This document shows positions 43,055 to 54,550 of a DNA stretch of 64,000 nt, in pieces. Position 1 is the first letter of the stretch. Each line of letters starts with the position of its first letter. The notes below the pieces were generated by a model, which worked only from the letters and a program-made list of their open reading frames with translations, was not told where the DNA came from and ran no database searches. The translations under genes were made by a program, and so were the position numbers. Source of the DNA: Klebsormidium nitens (taxonomy: Eukaryota; Plantae; Klebsormidiophyceae); NCBI GenBank assembly GCA_000708835.1, contig DF237424.1, forward strand, positions 1 to 64,000, read 5' to 3'.

Positions 43055-45442
43055 CCACATACGCGCATCTTGTTCATGCAGTAATCGCCAACATCCAGAC
43101 GCGACCGTCCGGCTTCAAGGGATTGCTTCCATACCCATGTACAGCTTCTGCTGGTATTTGATCTCACTTTATTATTCGTAGTGTTAAGCATTCTTGTCTA
43201 GCAAAGACCTTTGTCTTACAACCGCAAATCAACACTTCGGACTTGTTCCTACAATGATTCAGTGACTATACGCCAAGTCTTACGTTTTAATGAAATAAGA
43301 TCGCCAAGCTTACTCCCGTTGGTCAGGTTGCATCTTGCTCGATGCACCAGGGCTTTGTAACAAGCTCAATCCCCAGCTCTCTATTCAACATCTAAGTATG
43401 CATGGACTGTTTTCAAGTAACTGCAGTCTGGCACGGCCTGATTTATCTTCGGAGATGGAGGAGTGTATGCGCTGCACATGAACTTTGAGCTCTTGCTATG
43501 GCGGCCGGCCGCGCCTGTATTTACCATGGTTAAGGTTAAGGTTAAGGAATTACCATGGTCAAAGGATGCAATTAACATAGAAAGCCAAAGTGCATATGCT
43601 TTTGTCAGACATTAAGGGCATGCACAGATTTGCCTTACTAGGGGCCCAGCTCAACATGCACAGCTGTGCATGTAACATAGGTTAATTGCCTGAAAAGCTA
43701 ATGCAACACGTTTGCTCATGCAATGCAGTCGAAAGATCAGACATGACATATGTGCACTGTGTGAACTATATCTGTATATAGTCTGGCATGACCGACAGCC
43801 CTGACGGGTGTGAGCGCGCACCACATGGTCCATTTGTCACGGTATACTTGCATCTGATCCAACCGGCGCATGCAAGTCGGTCACAAGGGCCCGGCATGTT
43901 TGTCAGACCCATTTCACATAATATTTGAACACCATTTCAATGACGCGCCTTCGATTTGTTCAAATCTACACCGTCCGATCACAGTCCATGCACTCATCCT
44001 ACTTTGATTGGAACCTTATAGTAGATTGTGATGTTCTCTTCTAGCCTGCTATTGATATCGCAGCTCATCGCCGGGCCAGTCAGTGCCGCTTCATGTGGCA
44101 TACTCATGTGTTGATCTTAGAGTATCACATATCATGCTTGAGCAGTTTCCTGAGCGCGCTAACTTCCACAACAGGCGATGCACCCGCTTTCAGGCACTCA
44201 CCTACGTAGTCGCGATCGCGTCGATTGCTGAAGTTTGAAAGCTGAAAGCTGAGATGTAATGCCTTCTCTGGTGCAGCTTGGCATCATGACTGGTTCAGAG
44301 AGACAGCTGGCGGCGGTAACACTGCAGCCGAACAATATTGTTGACATCAACAATGGCCCTGTCCTGCCATGTGCAATATACTCTGCATATGCAAGAATGT
44401 GCCCTGGGACCTGATGGCAGCCAGATCAACTAGATCAGATGTATGCGAAGGCGGCAATGTCGGAAATCACATACGAATGCCAATGCCAATGGCTTTCCCG
44501 GGTTTCCGAACGTCAACACAAATCTCAGCTCGTGTTCGATTGCAGTGCACGGGTTCCGCGCAATTTGAACCGTCCATATGAATCTGACCAGTTGATCGAC
44601 GGTACTGGACCACTGCATCAAGTATGCGCGCGTGAACAACAAGGGTTCTGTACGCGGGTAAGTTGGCGAAAGCTGAAAAGGCTGACTCGATGCACACTGG
44701 CAGTATTGGCCTAATCTTACTTCTCGGCCGCCACCAGGCAGCTGGCACGGCACCATCCGAATCGCTTTGGCAACAAGGGCGCTACCTATACTGCTCTGAG
44801 AAGCACTGGTAGGGCTACGTTTAAGTGCGGTACTGAGGAGGAAGTACCAGGTAGGACCCACCAGAGCTACCTGTACCTGAGCTCAAGCTGTGTAGCTAGG
44901 TACCTCAGACGTTGTAGATAGCTGTGCGTCATTGTATCCTTCACCGGTACAGTGCTCCGGTAGTAATAGGTATACCTACGGTACCTAGTATTGATGCAAT
45001 CTAGGTATTGTAAAGGACACGACCAGTGCGCCAAGGCTCAGGGGTCAGGGCATGTGCCAACCTGTCTATTCGCAACGAATTGACTGATCAGCAGATTTCA
45101 AGATTTCAACCCTCTCAACCCTGACTTCAGCGACCGTAGGGACCGCTTGTCAGTGGCCGTTGACTGCTATTTGGACCAGGATGCCTCAAACCAGCGCTCT
45201 TTCAATATGGTCAGCTTGCGGTGCATCTGCTGCTCATTGGAGAATATCCATGTTCCAATCCTCTCAATCAGAGCTTTGCAGCAGGTGGACAGAGGGGCAA
45301 GGACCTTTATTCCGGATCTTCGCAAAATCTGTCATCATTCCAAGAAGCATCCTTCCACAAGAAAGTGCAAGCGCTGCGCTAGACTGCCTTTGCTCTTCAA
45401 CGCCCCTGCGCTCCGCCTTCTGCGCCTCATCAGCACGTTAAA

Positions 45443-48400
45443 ATGGGTTGCGGTGCGTCCGCCGCTCGCGTGAGCGCAAACTGCCCCAAGATCAGGGCCA
45501 TCAAACTGACCGAGGTACGTCCCAGGGGGATTTGATAGCCTCCAATAGACAGCGCACGACAAGCGGATTGCTTTAATGTTGGAGGAGCAGGTTGCAATGT
45601 GCCGTGGGCCTGAATGCATAACAGTACCCCCAGGCAGTGCGCCTATCCGCATTGCAGAAGAAGAAAGCTTCTGCGTCAGGAAGAAGACGGATGCAATGGG
45701 AGTGGTAATCGCAAGGGTTTTTACGGCCTGCATGTTACCGGGACAGTGTCCAACTATTGGTGATCACAGTCTTTGAGTGTCAAAAAGGCTCTTGCTCCAG
45801 TCCCTCTTCTTATGCAAGAAGCGGGAGTTGAATTGTGGATTGATAGTTTCAGGGCGCGGACAAACACTACCTTTCTTGGAAAGGGGCGTAGTTTACCTGT
45901 CTTTCTGGTTTTGTTTGTAAGCGCAGTGCAATGGAAGACAGTCGCGGTGGTAAAATCTCTTCAAAGAAGCAGCCTTGCTCAATGCCTGATGAATGGGTTT
46001 TCCTGGTTCTCAATAGGTCAAGATCCCCGAGTTTGATGAGGTCTTCAACGACTGCAAGAAGCCCCTCAACACTATCGTCAAACTGAACAACGACTTGTAC
46101 GCCTATCTGGATGGCGTCAAGATCCGGGCCTTCTGCCTGATGGGCCAGTCCAAGATTACCCTCATCCAAGAGGCAAGTGCCCTTCAAGAAATGCCACATG
46201 AAACTATAATTTCATGCAAAAGCTTCTGAGCGAGGCAAGCCGGACAAGCCGCGCTTGTTCAGATACCCGCTGTCATTCTATGTTTTGCCAAGAATCCAAT
46301 CTCTCCTTTCTCCGATAAAAGAAGCCTTCTAGCACTGTGCAAAATCGTACTTACGGTTGACTGCTTCAATGTTTGATGGGAAGAAGTTTGAGTCTGCAGT
46401 ACCGCAAACAGATCCCTCGGCTCCGTTCTGACTGAAAATCTTGTCCGCATGCAGGAGAACAACGTGACTTGCGATCTCCAGAAGCTGAAGGATGACGACT
46501 TCGTGTCTTGCCTTGCTGACGAGTTGGCCAAGCCCACCACGGGACTTAAGTAAGCAAAGCAGGCTGATTCCTTGGATTCGATTGGAGCCTTCGATGGCGA
46601 TTGTAGCGCACGCGTCTCATCTTACTTTTCAGACTATACTGCAGCACATTCTGAAAGCAAAAAGTACCCAGAAACAATAGGGACCAGAATCAAGCACGCA
46701 GCATTGTCTGAAGGAGGCAGTAGGCCAAGTGTTCTGGCATCGCTTTGGGAGTGCATTCATTTGCCCGCTCAAAGGCGTCGTTTCCAGTCCGAACCAGTGT
46801 TTTGCCCGCTCCCTGACCAAACACAATTTGGTCCAGCCTTCATTCAATCTTTGTCGTTTTTTCTTGAACCCGTCCCATACGGTCTGCACTTTCGCACCTT
46901 CGTTTGCCGGGCCTTTCCTGGATACTCTGTGCTCACACCTCCTTGCCCGAGGCCGTTGTGCTTTACCCCCAAGTCCCGCTCTAATTGTGTCTTTCTCCGC
47001 CAGGTTGAAGGCTGCTTGGGACAAGATGACTGCGTTGGCGGCGCCCCTGGCCGCGGCCGCGGAGGCCGCCGGGCAGACGTTCTCGATCGCGGCGGACGAC
47101 ACGATCCACTTCGAGGAGCCCGCAGAGGAGCCCACCGAAGAGGACGCCAAGGCCAAGCACACCGCCTTCTGCGACGCCGGTGAGCGGTCCGGGCGCCACG
47201 TGGCAACCCGTTGCTGACGTCAGCACGTGCAGGGCCTGAATACGAAATCCGCACTCTGGAAAGATAAAACTTGCAGGCTTTCATTCGATCACGCCTCCCT
47301 GTTAGTTCTGCTTCTCGAAGAGAGAGCCTCGTCGCGGCCAATTACATCAGCGTCAGCATTCCCAACACCATCTTCGATCGTCTCCCCACCGACGCAATAT
47401 CGCTGACGTCGTCCTCGCGTGCGCGCAGTGGACAAGTTCAACCTGCAAGTGTACAACGTGCGCGCGGTGCTGGCGGCCATCAACGGCCCGCTGAGCCTGA
47501 GCGGCGCCATCTGCGAGCTGAAGAAGCACCTGATGGCCAAGGGCCACGGCTTCGACGTCGACTTCTCCACCTTCGAGATCAAGATGCCCTCCGTGCACGA
47601 CCTGCCCAAGCCGCTCGCGTGCATCGTCGAAGTGGTGAGAGCGCGCGCGCGAGCGGTTTACAGTTTGTGAACGTCAGAGATTAAAGGCGTGTCATGCTCT
47701 GCTTTGAGGGCGCGTTACGCATCTGCTTCTGGACTCATCAACAGGCCTCAATAGGAACACTTTGAGACGGCACGCGACCAACCCCTCGTTCGGGCCTACA
47801 GTAGAAAGCATTGAAACCGCACTTGCCCGCGTGCGTCAGCAGGTTGAAAAACAGACGCATATTTTCGTTCTCGTTCTCGTTCTTGTTCCCAAACCAGCCT
47901 CGATCTGGCCATGTGTCGCACCCGCTCTAGGTGCCTTGCTGATGCGAAAGCAGGTTGACCTTTACGCCAAAGTTCCCTTCCTGTTTCAGCTTCTCAGCCT
48001 TGCTTTCTGGTTCGTTCCCAGATTGAGAAGCTGATTGACCGGCTGAAGCACATCGGCGAGGTGGGCGAGAAGATCAAGGAGGAGCTGGAGGAGCTGGTGA
48101 AGAAGGCGGAGGAGTTCCCCGAGAAGGCCAAGGACGCGCTCTCCAACTCCGAGATGAACCCCTTCGAGATCCTCAAGGCCGTGCACGCCGTCGCCATGAA
48201 CGTCAAGGTGCGCGCGCGTTTTGGGGCGTAAAGTCTTTATCAGAGTTTGTTTGTTTTAAGGCCGTTTATGCCCGGCGCAATGAGGCGCCAATGCAAGCAC
48301 CAGACAATCAAGGCAAGTAGCGGCGAGCACTGACGTCGGTTCTCAATACTTTGATTTTGTGGGGTTCGCTGCCACGCAAAACAGGTAGAACGAAGACAGG

Positions 48401-48763
48401 ACCGTACGCTCCGCGCGCTGCGACGATGTTTTGCGTTTCTTGCCGCCTTTGCTGGCGTTGCTCCTAGCCGAAGCACCTTTCTCCAAAAGCCTCAATGAAG
48501 CCCCGCTCAGGGGACAGAGTGCTGCTCCTTCCGCCTCGCCCTGCTTCCGTTTGAATGAGCTCTGCCGGAAAGATTCCCGCTTCTCACTCCGCTCGTCCCC
48601 TTTGCAGAACGTGGCGGGCGCGCCGTTCATCCTGACCGGCGTTCTGGGCACCGTCAAGACGATCCCCACCGAGATCATCCAGGGCATCAAGGACGCGGTC
48701 GCCGGAAAGCCGTCCGTCGCCACCCCGGCCTCGCCCAAGTCCCCCGCCGCCAAGGCCGCATAA
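45443..48763 (+). CDS. Uncharacterised ~333-aa alpha-helical protein with N-terminal MGCGAS acylation motif, 7 exons, one GC-AG intron
   Basis: Exons 45443-45469, 46017-46172, 46455-46549, 47004-47179, 47429-47634, 48022-48207 and 48608-48763 sum to 1002 nt with all phases consistent. Later exons show strong GC3 codon bias. Confidence 0.85.
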
Positions 48764-49269
48764 CCGGGTTGTTAACCGAGGGGTTAGGGGCGACCACTGT
48801 ATGATATACCGGACGGACACCATATACAGAAAAGCTGGACTGTAGGACCTGAGAGGGAGATCGGGGTATGGGCAGTAGTGCTGAACTCTGATTCTTAACG
48901 CCCACCTGAACTTTTCTGACTCCTTGCTATCAGAAATTAAAGCAGATAAGAAACGATTTGAGGCGCGCACTGTCAAAAGAGAGGCTGTACATGTGAGGGA
49001 GATGACGTGGCGTCAAGCGCTGCGGCAGCGGCGCATAGCGAGACTAGGGCAGAGTGCATAAGAAACAAGATACGCCTTTACATTCGGCCTGTCCTATGCC
49101 TCTTTCCTTAGTACAAGCGACAGTCAAATGAACGATTGAGCAAACCGCCAGATGATGCATCTCTGTTTTTGGGTAATACTTGCGTTCATGATTTGGTCGC
49201 GTTGTCTCTTTTGTCAGTAGTATTCCTTGAAGTGCACGCCGGGCATTGACGTCGTCTCGAGAATGTTTC

Positions 49270-49349
49270 AACGGAGGCCCACTTTGGGACAGTAGACTTC
49301 GTAGCTCCAACGGAGACCCACTTTGGGACAGTAGACTTCGTAGCTCCAA
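49270..49349. repeat. 39-bp tandem duplication downstream of the MGCGAS gene
   Basis: aacggag(g/a)cccactttgggacagtagacttcgtagctcc occurs twice in tandem. Confidence 0.9.
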
Positions 49350-51017
49350 TAAGGTCGAACGTATCATCTCGAAGTAAGAAGTGAAAGAAAGTACAAGCCT
49401 ATCCGAGGCCTACGCTGAAGACTTCTGAAAGTTTTGGGAGGAATTTGATCACGAAATTAAGTCCGCCAGACCTCATTTCGTAAGGACAAATCGCGGCTCG
49501 GCTCTTCGTGACCTTACTTTGTAGTGTCTTCTACTGAGCAAGCTGATACCCTGCCAGAGAACAGCTTAGGTTCGCGGAATCATCATGTCAGGATTGACGC
49601 GGCAGTTGCGGGTGCGACACATAATTCACGAGGCGCGGGATCCGAGATTGCGCATGATCGTCGATAGCCGCAGCGCATTTGTTTTGACAAGATTGGGTGA
49701 TACACTCCAGTCCACTCGGAAGTATGTCGCCGTTCAGCCGCGGCCCAGTACGATTAGTGCGTCGCTTTTGCAACTTGTGGCGCTTTACGCCAACATTGGT
49801 CTGCATACTCTCTCCTCTCCGAACGTATCTTTCCTTCCGATAGGAAGCATGTCCTGCCGTCAGAACGTTCTCCAAATAGTCACTGTATGGCCTAACGCGG
49901 AGCGTGGCCATCTCGAGAGCCCAGAATGCCGCGCATGTTGATCTGGTGCTTTGGCAGCGAGTCCCTGAGTCTTATACTTTAACACAATCGACCGCGTGCA
50001 AACAGTGAGATCAGTGCTGCGGCAACAGATAGCACGAGCTCTCAGCAATCATAATCAGAAACCTGCGACTCAACCTTGCCGGGTCCATATTTGTTAGGAT
50101 TGACGGTCTAACAACATCTATGCACCAGCCCCGCACCAGCCGTGAATTAAGCTGTCCAGACTCCAGGGAGCATCTCGCAGAGACTAGCGCGTCGATCCCC
50201 CGTTGAGGACCGTTATCGGACTGCAAGCGAAGGCCTATCCGTCTAGCTCAATACAAACTTTTGAAGCTTTTACAAGGTCAAGCCAATATAAGAATACATT
50301 CGCTATAGCTGCACAAGGCCATCTGCACTATGGTGCAGTTGTCTCGCTTGCTTGACTCGCTTGCTTGTCCCGATAAGAGCCTTCAAATAATACTAAGTAC
50401 AACGCCTGGTCTGTCGTCGGAAGCGGAAACAAGAATCAAAGAATCAGCGAGACCGCCCTCCGGCGGGCTAGCCCGTGGAGCACGGCGGCCGTGTGCTCCA
50501 CGACCGTCAATCTGCTCTATCTGGATTTGACGGCTCTGGGCAGCCGTAGCTGCCGAGGCACCGGCTGTATACGTGACCTTGCATGTGGCGAATTCACCCT
50601 GCGCAGCGTCCATTTTCCAGACGGTTGCGGAAGTATGGTCGCCGGAAAGATGGCCCGGATGCCATCTCCTTGTGTTGAGAAGGTTGTCAATGTCAACGTA
50701 CCGGTACTTAATTTCTCAGGTCTAGGACTCGGAGCACAGGTGACAGGGCGCTCACAAGCCAATTGGGGTTGTGCCTGACTGGAGAACGACAACACGCACC
50801 ACCAACGCACCACCAATCAGCAGATAGCCTGTTAGGTACCGAGGGCCTTGGTGATCCATGCATCATTGGCCGCCAAGCAAGTGATCAAGCGGGCTCTAGA
50901 GATAGCTTCTTGAAGGCTGAGCAAGGAGCACTTGGAAGTAGCGTGTTTGGATTCCAGAGCGGTGGGGCCGCACGCTAAGAGCAGCACAGACCAGAAGCGC
51001 GCATCTGGGACGTGGCA

Positions 51018-52993
51018 ATGACAAACGCCCCAGACAGATATGAGCGCTTTGTACTGCCGGAGGGCGTCTCAAAGTAAGGCCACAGTCAGCAATCGCGGGT
51101 GCACTTTGGCCTTCCGCTGCAATGCTGCGGCGAAAGACAGAAAATGATCTTGCAAGCGAAGACTAAAGAGAAGACATTCAATGGTCCCCAGCCCAGAGAA
51201 TCAGACTCCAAGATAATCAAGCACAGTCTTTGTTTGAGCTGCACATCTGCTTGAGGACTTGTTATTATTGGAGTCAATGCACTGTGAGATTGAGCTTTTC
51301 AGTGTTGCGATGTAGTGGTGCAACTTGCAACCATTTTCAGGACTCTTCAGGCAGTACGACCACAGGCGTTACATGGGCGAAGTCTCTTTCAACGCTAGCA
51401 CAATATGCAGTCTATTGAGTCATCTGTACGATCAATTATGTGTTTCAATCGCTGCAGAGTGACGAGGATCAAAGACACGCGTATCACCAATGCAGCAACT
51501 TTTGAAGTTCAGCGGGAAGACCACACACTCGGCAACTTGATAAGAATGTAAGTCATTCGTCCCCCGGACCCTCCCCAGTTTTGAGAGTCTCACCACAGTC
51601 GGCTGCGGGCCACAGTTCCTGGAATCTGCTTGATTGGCCCGAGCATCTGCGGTCCTGGAAGTTTGTCTCAAGTCTTTGACATGTCAGTAGGAGCTTGGGG
51701 GAGTTAATTGGTTGCTGCTGTCACTCTTGGTGAGCTGTCGCTTCTAAGATGGAAGTTGAGCCGATGGCAAGTTTCGGCCTCTGCTTCTGATCAGCACATC
51801 AGCTTCCCGGGTCCTCTTGCCGTTCGCATGAAGATGAGACAGGGATGCTTCTAGACTAGATTGAACGAGGAACGCTGAATGCAAAAGGAGATCCTTTCTT
51901 TGCAGGCAATTACACAGAGATCCAGAGGTGCTGTTTGCTGGTTACAAAGCGCCTCATCCGCTTGAGTACAAGATCAATTTCAAGGTCAGTCAACATGTTC
52001 CACGACCCCCTCTCTAGCTCAAACCGTTAGTGCTCATCAGCGGGGCACAAAGTTTTCCCCAAGAGCAGTGGTGGTTGCTGATGTCCATGTGTGATTGGGG
52101 TTTATCTTAGATGGTCAAGCCTTTACAATACACGCACGCATGACATATTCAGTCTCTACTACTCAATTCACGCCTACATTGCAAAGGGTTGAAGTATGCG
52201 GATGGGAGGCAGTCAAAGCATGCCGGGTCTTGTCAATCCCAGCTGCAGGTGATTGTAGTTGCAATCAACCGAGTACGGCTCTAGTCAAACTGACCGTTAA
52301 CTGCAGCCGCAAAAGAGAGTCATTATTCTGGTGCACCCGAGTTGTTGCATGGCCAGACACTTCTGTGCGGGTGGCAAGTGTTTCTAAGGAGCCTGAGATG
52401 GTTTACTTTTGTCCTCAGGTGCAAGCAAGAGACACCACTAACCCTGAGACTGTCTTCCGACGAGCCATCGATGCGGTGGATACGGAAATAGCAGACCTGC
52501 GGAAAGCATTTACTGTGAGCTTCCAACTCCCATCCCCTTCGAATTTAGATCTCGGGCAGAAGTATAAGCTGAATGCTGCATAGAATTATCTTTAAGCTTC
52601 TCGTTCCAGAGTTTCCTGCCAAATCCTGCGGTTTCTATGTCTGAGTGTTGGTCGCTCTGGCATCTGTCGCCCTTCGCCTGCAATCTCGAGTAGGTCGAGG
52701 ATTGGTCGCTTTATGGGGCCCGTGAAGAACTTCTAAAGAACAGGGTGTGCACTCTAGAAAGCTCCCTTGTAAGAAATTAAAGAAGGGCCTCCACATCGGC
52801 AATACACCAAAGGCCGTTCACCTTCCAAGTGGACATGTCTGACGCGGAGTTTATTTTGACTTCGACTCTCCCCATTGTGGTGTAATTGTTCCTGTGCAAT
52901 TCTGCCTTAAGTGCATTTAGCTTCTCTGACTGATGCTTCGTACATTTACAGGAGGAACTCGCTCGCCCTAGAGATCAGGGCAACTTCTACTAA
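51018..52993 (+). CDS. NRPB11: DNA-directed RNA polymerase II subunit RPB11, 5 exons, 120 aa
   Basis: Exons 51018-51073, 51458-51547, 51906-51984, 52419-52514 and 52952-52993 encode [29 protein letters not shown] and [13 protein letters not shown]. Confidence 0.97.
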
Positions 52994-54550
52994 GGCGCCA
53001 GCTCTGCACCAGCTATGAGCTTCCAATGGGCAGACACGCTTCTTCTCGTAGCTGCGGGAATAAGCGTCTCTGCTTGACCAGAGGTTTCAACTCGAGATCA
53101 AAACTATCTGACAAAATTTTATAATTCCTCGGTCAGATTTTTAAGTGGGCAACGAGTCCTTGGTAGTCGCGTGTGTCCTTTTGATGGCGCAAGGAGTCCG
53201 CTGGTTCTTGCAAGGGCCTTCAACGATTGAGTGCGACGCTTTTCCGATCGACCATATCTGCACATCGGCCAGACAACTGTACATCAGCCAGACGCTCAGG
53301 CTAGAAACGTTGAGAGTCTCGTATGGTGAGGCGCATTTGCGCTGCCCGGCCACAGCACGTAGATGTACACCCGCATGGTGTCATCGTCGTCTGGCACGAC
53401 GTATTCGTCAGATATTTGCCCGTTCCCTGCTGTTGCCTGCCGGAGCCCTGCAATTTACGTCCCTCTAAAGCACGGGGCGGCCGGATCTGATTTTGGTCTG
53501 TCGCCGCGCGACCAGTATATCCGCCAGAAGATGGTAGTGACATGCCGGGCCCCATACAAGTCGGATTGATACCAATTGTCCATTGCACTGAACAATGACT
53601 TGATTGAGTAATGTAGGAGCTGGACATGCTGGGTTCGGTTCCACGATACCGATGATCTGCGCACATGCAGCTGTGTTATTACATGCCGTTCAAGGTTTTA
53701 GTGGCACTTCGGAACTTACGCCCCAGGCCCTCAACTTGCAAGGTAACATACAAGCCATTCATGTGCATATCGCATGCCTAGCGCTAGAAGAATCGCCTCT
53801 ATTAGCTAGCCGATACTTCCTAAAGCGTATATATTCCTTCGCGATCATGCAGGGCCGGCACACTGACGCACCTTGCCCGTACCACACCAACTCAATAGCG
53901 CACATGCGCTGTCTACAGGAAGCCCGACTGATCCACGTAAACGCGCAAAGCGCAACCGCTGGGCAGCAGCCGCCCACTAAGGCAGCAAATGTTTGCGACG
54001 CGTACACATTCCTCGATCCACGCGTGCCGCCCGTAAATGCTGACGCCAAACTACTTAGATTCATAGATTGATTGAAGCTCTTGCGCAAGAGCTTGTGCAC
54101 ATCCTCCAATTGCGAATCTCCGATCACGGGATTAAGATTGATCCTCGCAAGACATGCACATGTATTCAAACACTCCGGCTCGCCTATGCAGAGATTGTAC
54201 CATCTATAGGCATACCACAACTATCGATCCTGCAGTACTTAACCGGCCGTCGCATAGCAATTCGCCTATATACGGTCATCGGCCTGTTCAGCTAGTCTGA
54301 CGAGACAAAACTCGGTCAATCGTTCGAGGGCGCCGTCGTGACTGAGCCTAATAGGTAGATTGTCTGCGACCCCAGAAGCCTCCTGCAACGCTACTTGCGC
54401 CGGCGTGTTTTGAACCTGATGAGTCACGAGCCGGCTCAGAATGACTGTAGAAAGGAGGATTTTCATCGCAAGGACATTGATCAAAGTTGCTGCTCGAGAG
54501 TACTCGACGTGCCCCGATGTCCTGGTCCAGAGGACTCTAATCAATCTCGC

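Noticed and set aside
44369-45010. 143-aa minus ORF and GTAC/TAGG-rich stretch
   Set aside because: No motif or consistent repeat unit; looks like promoter or spacer DNA.
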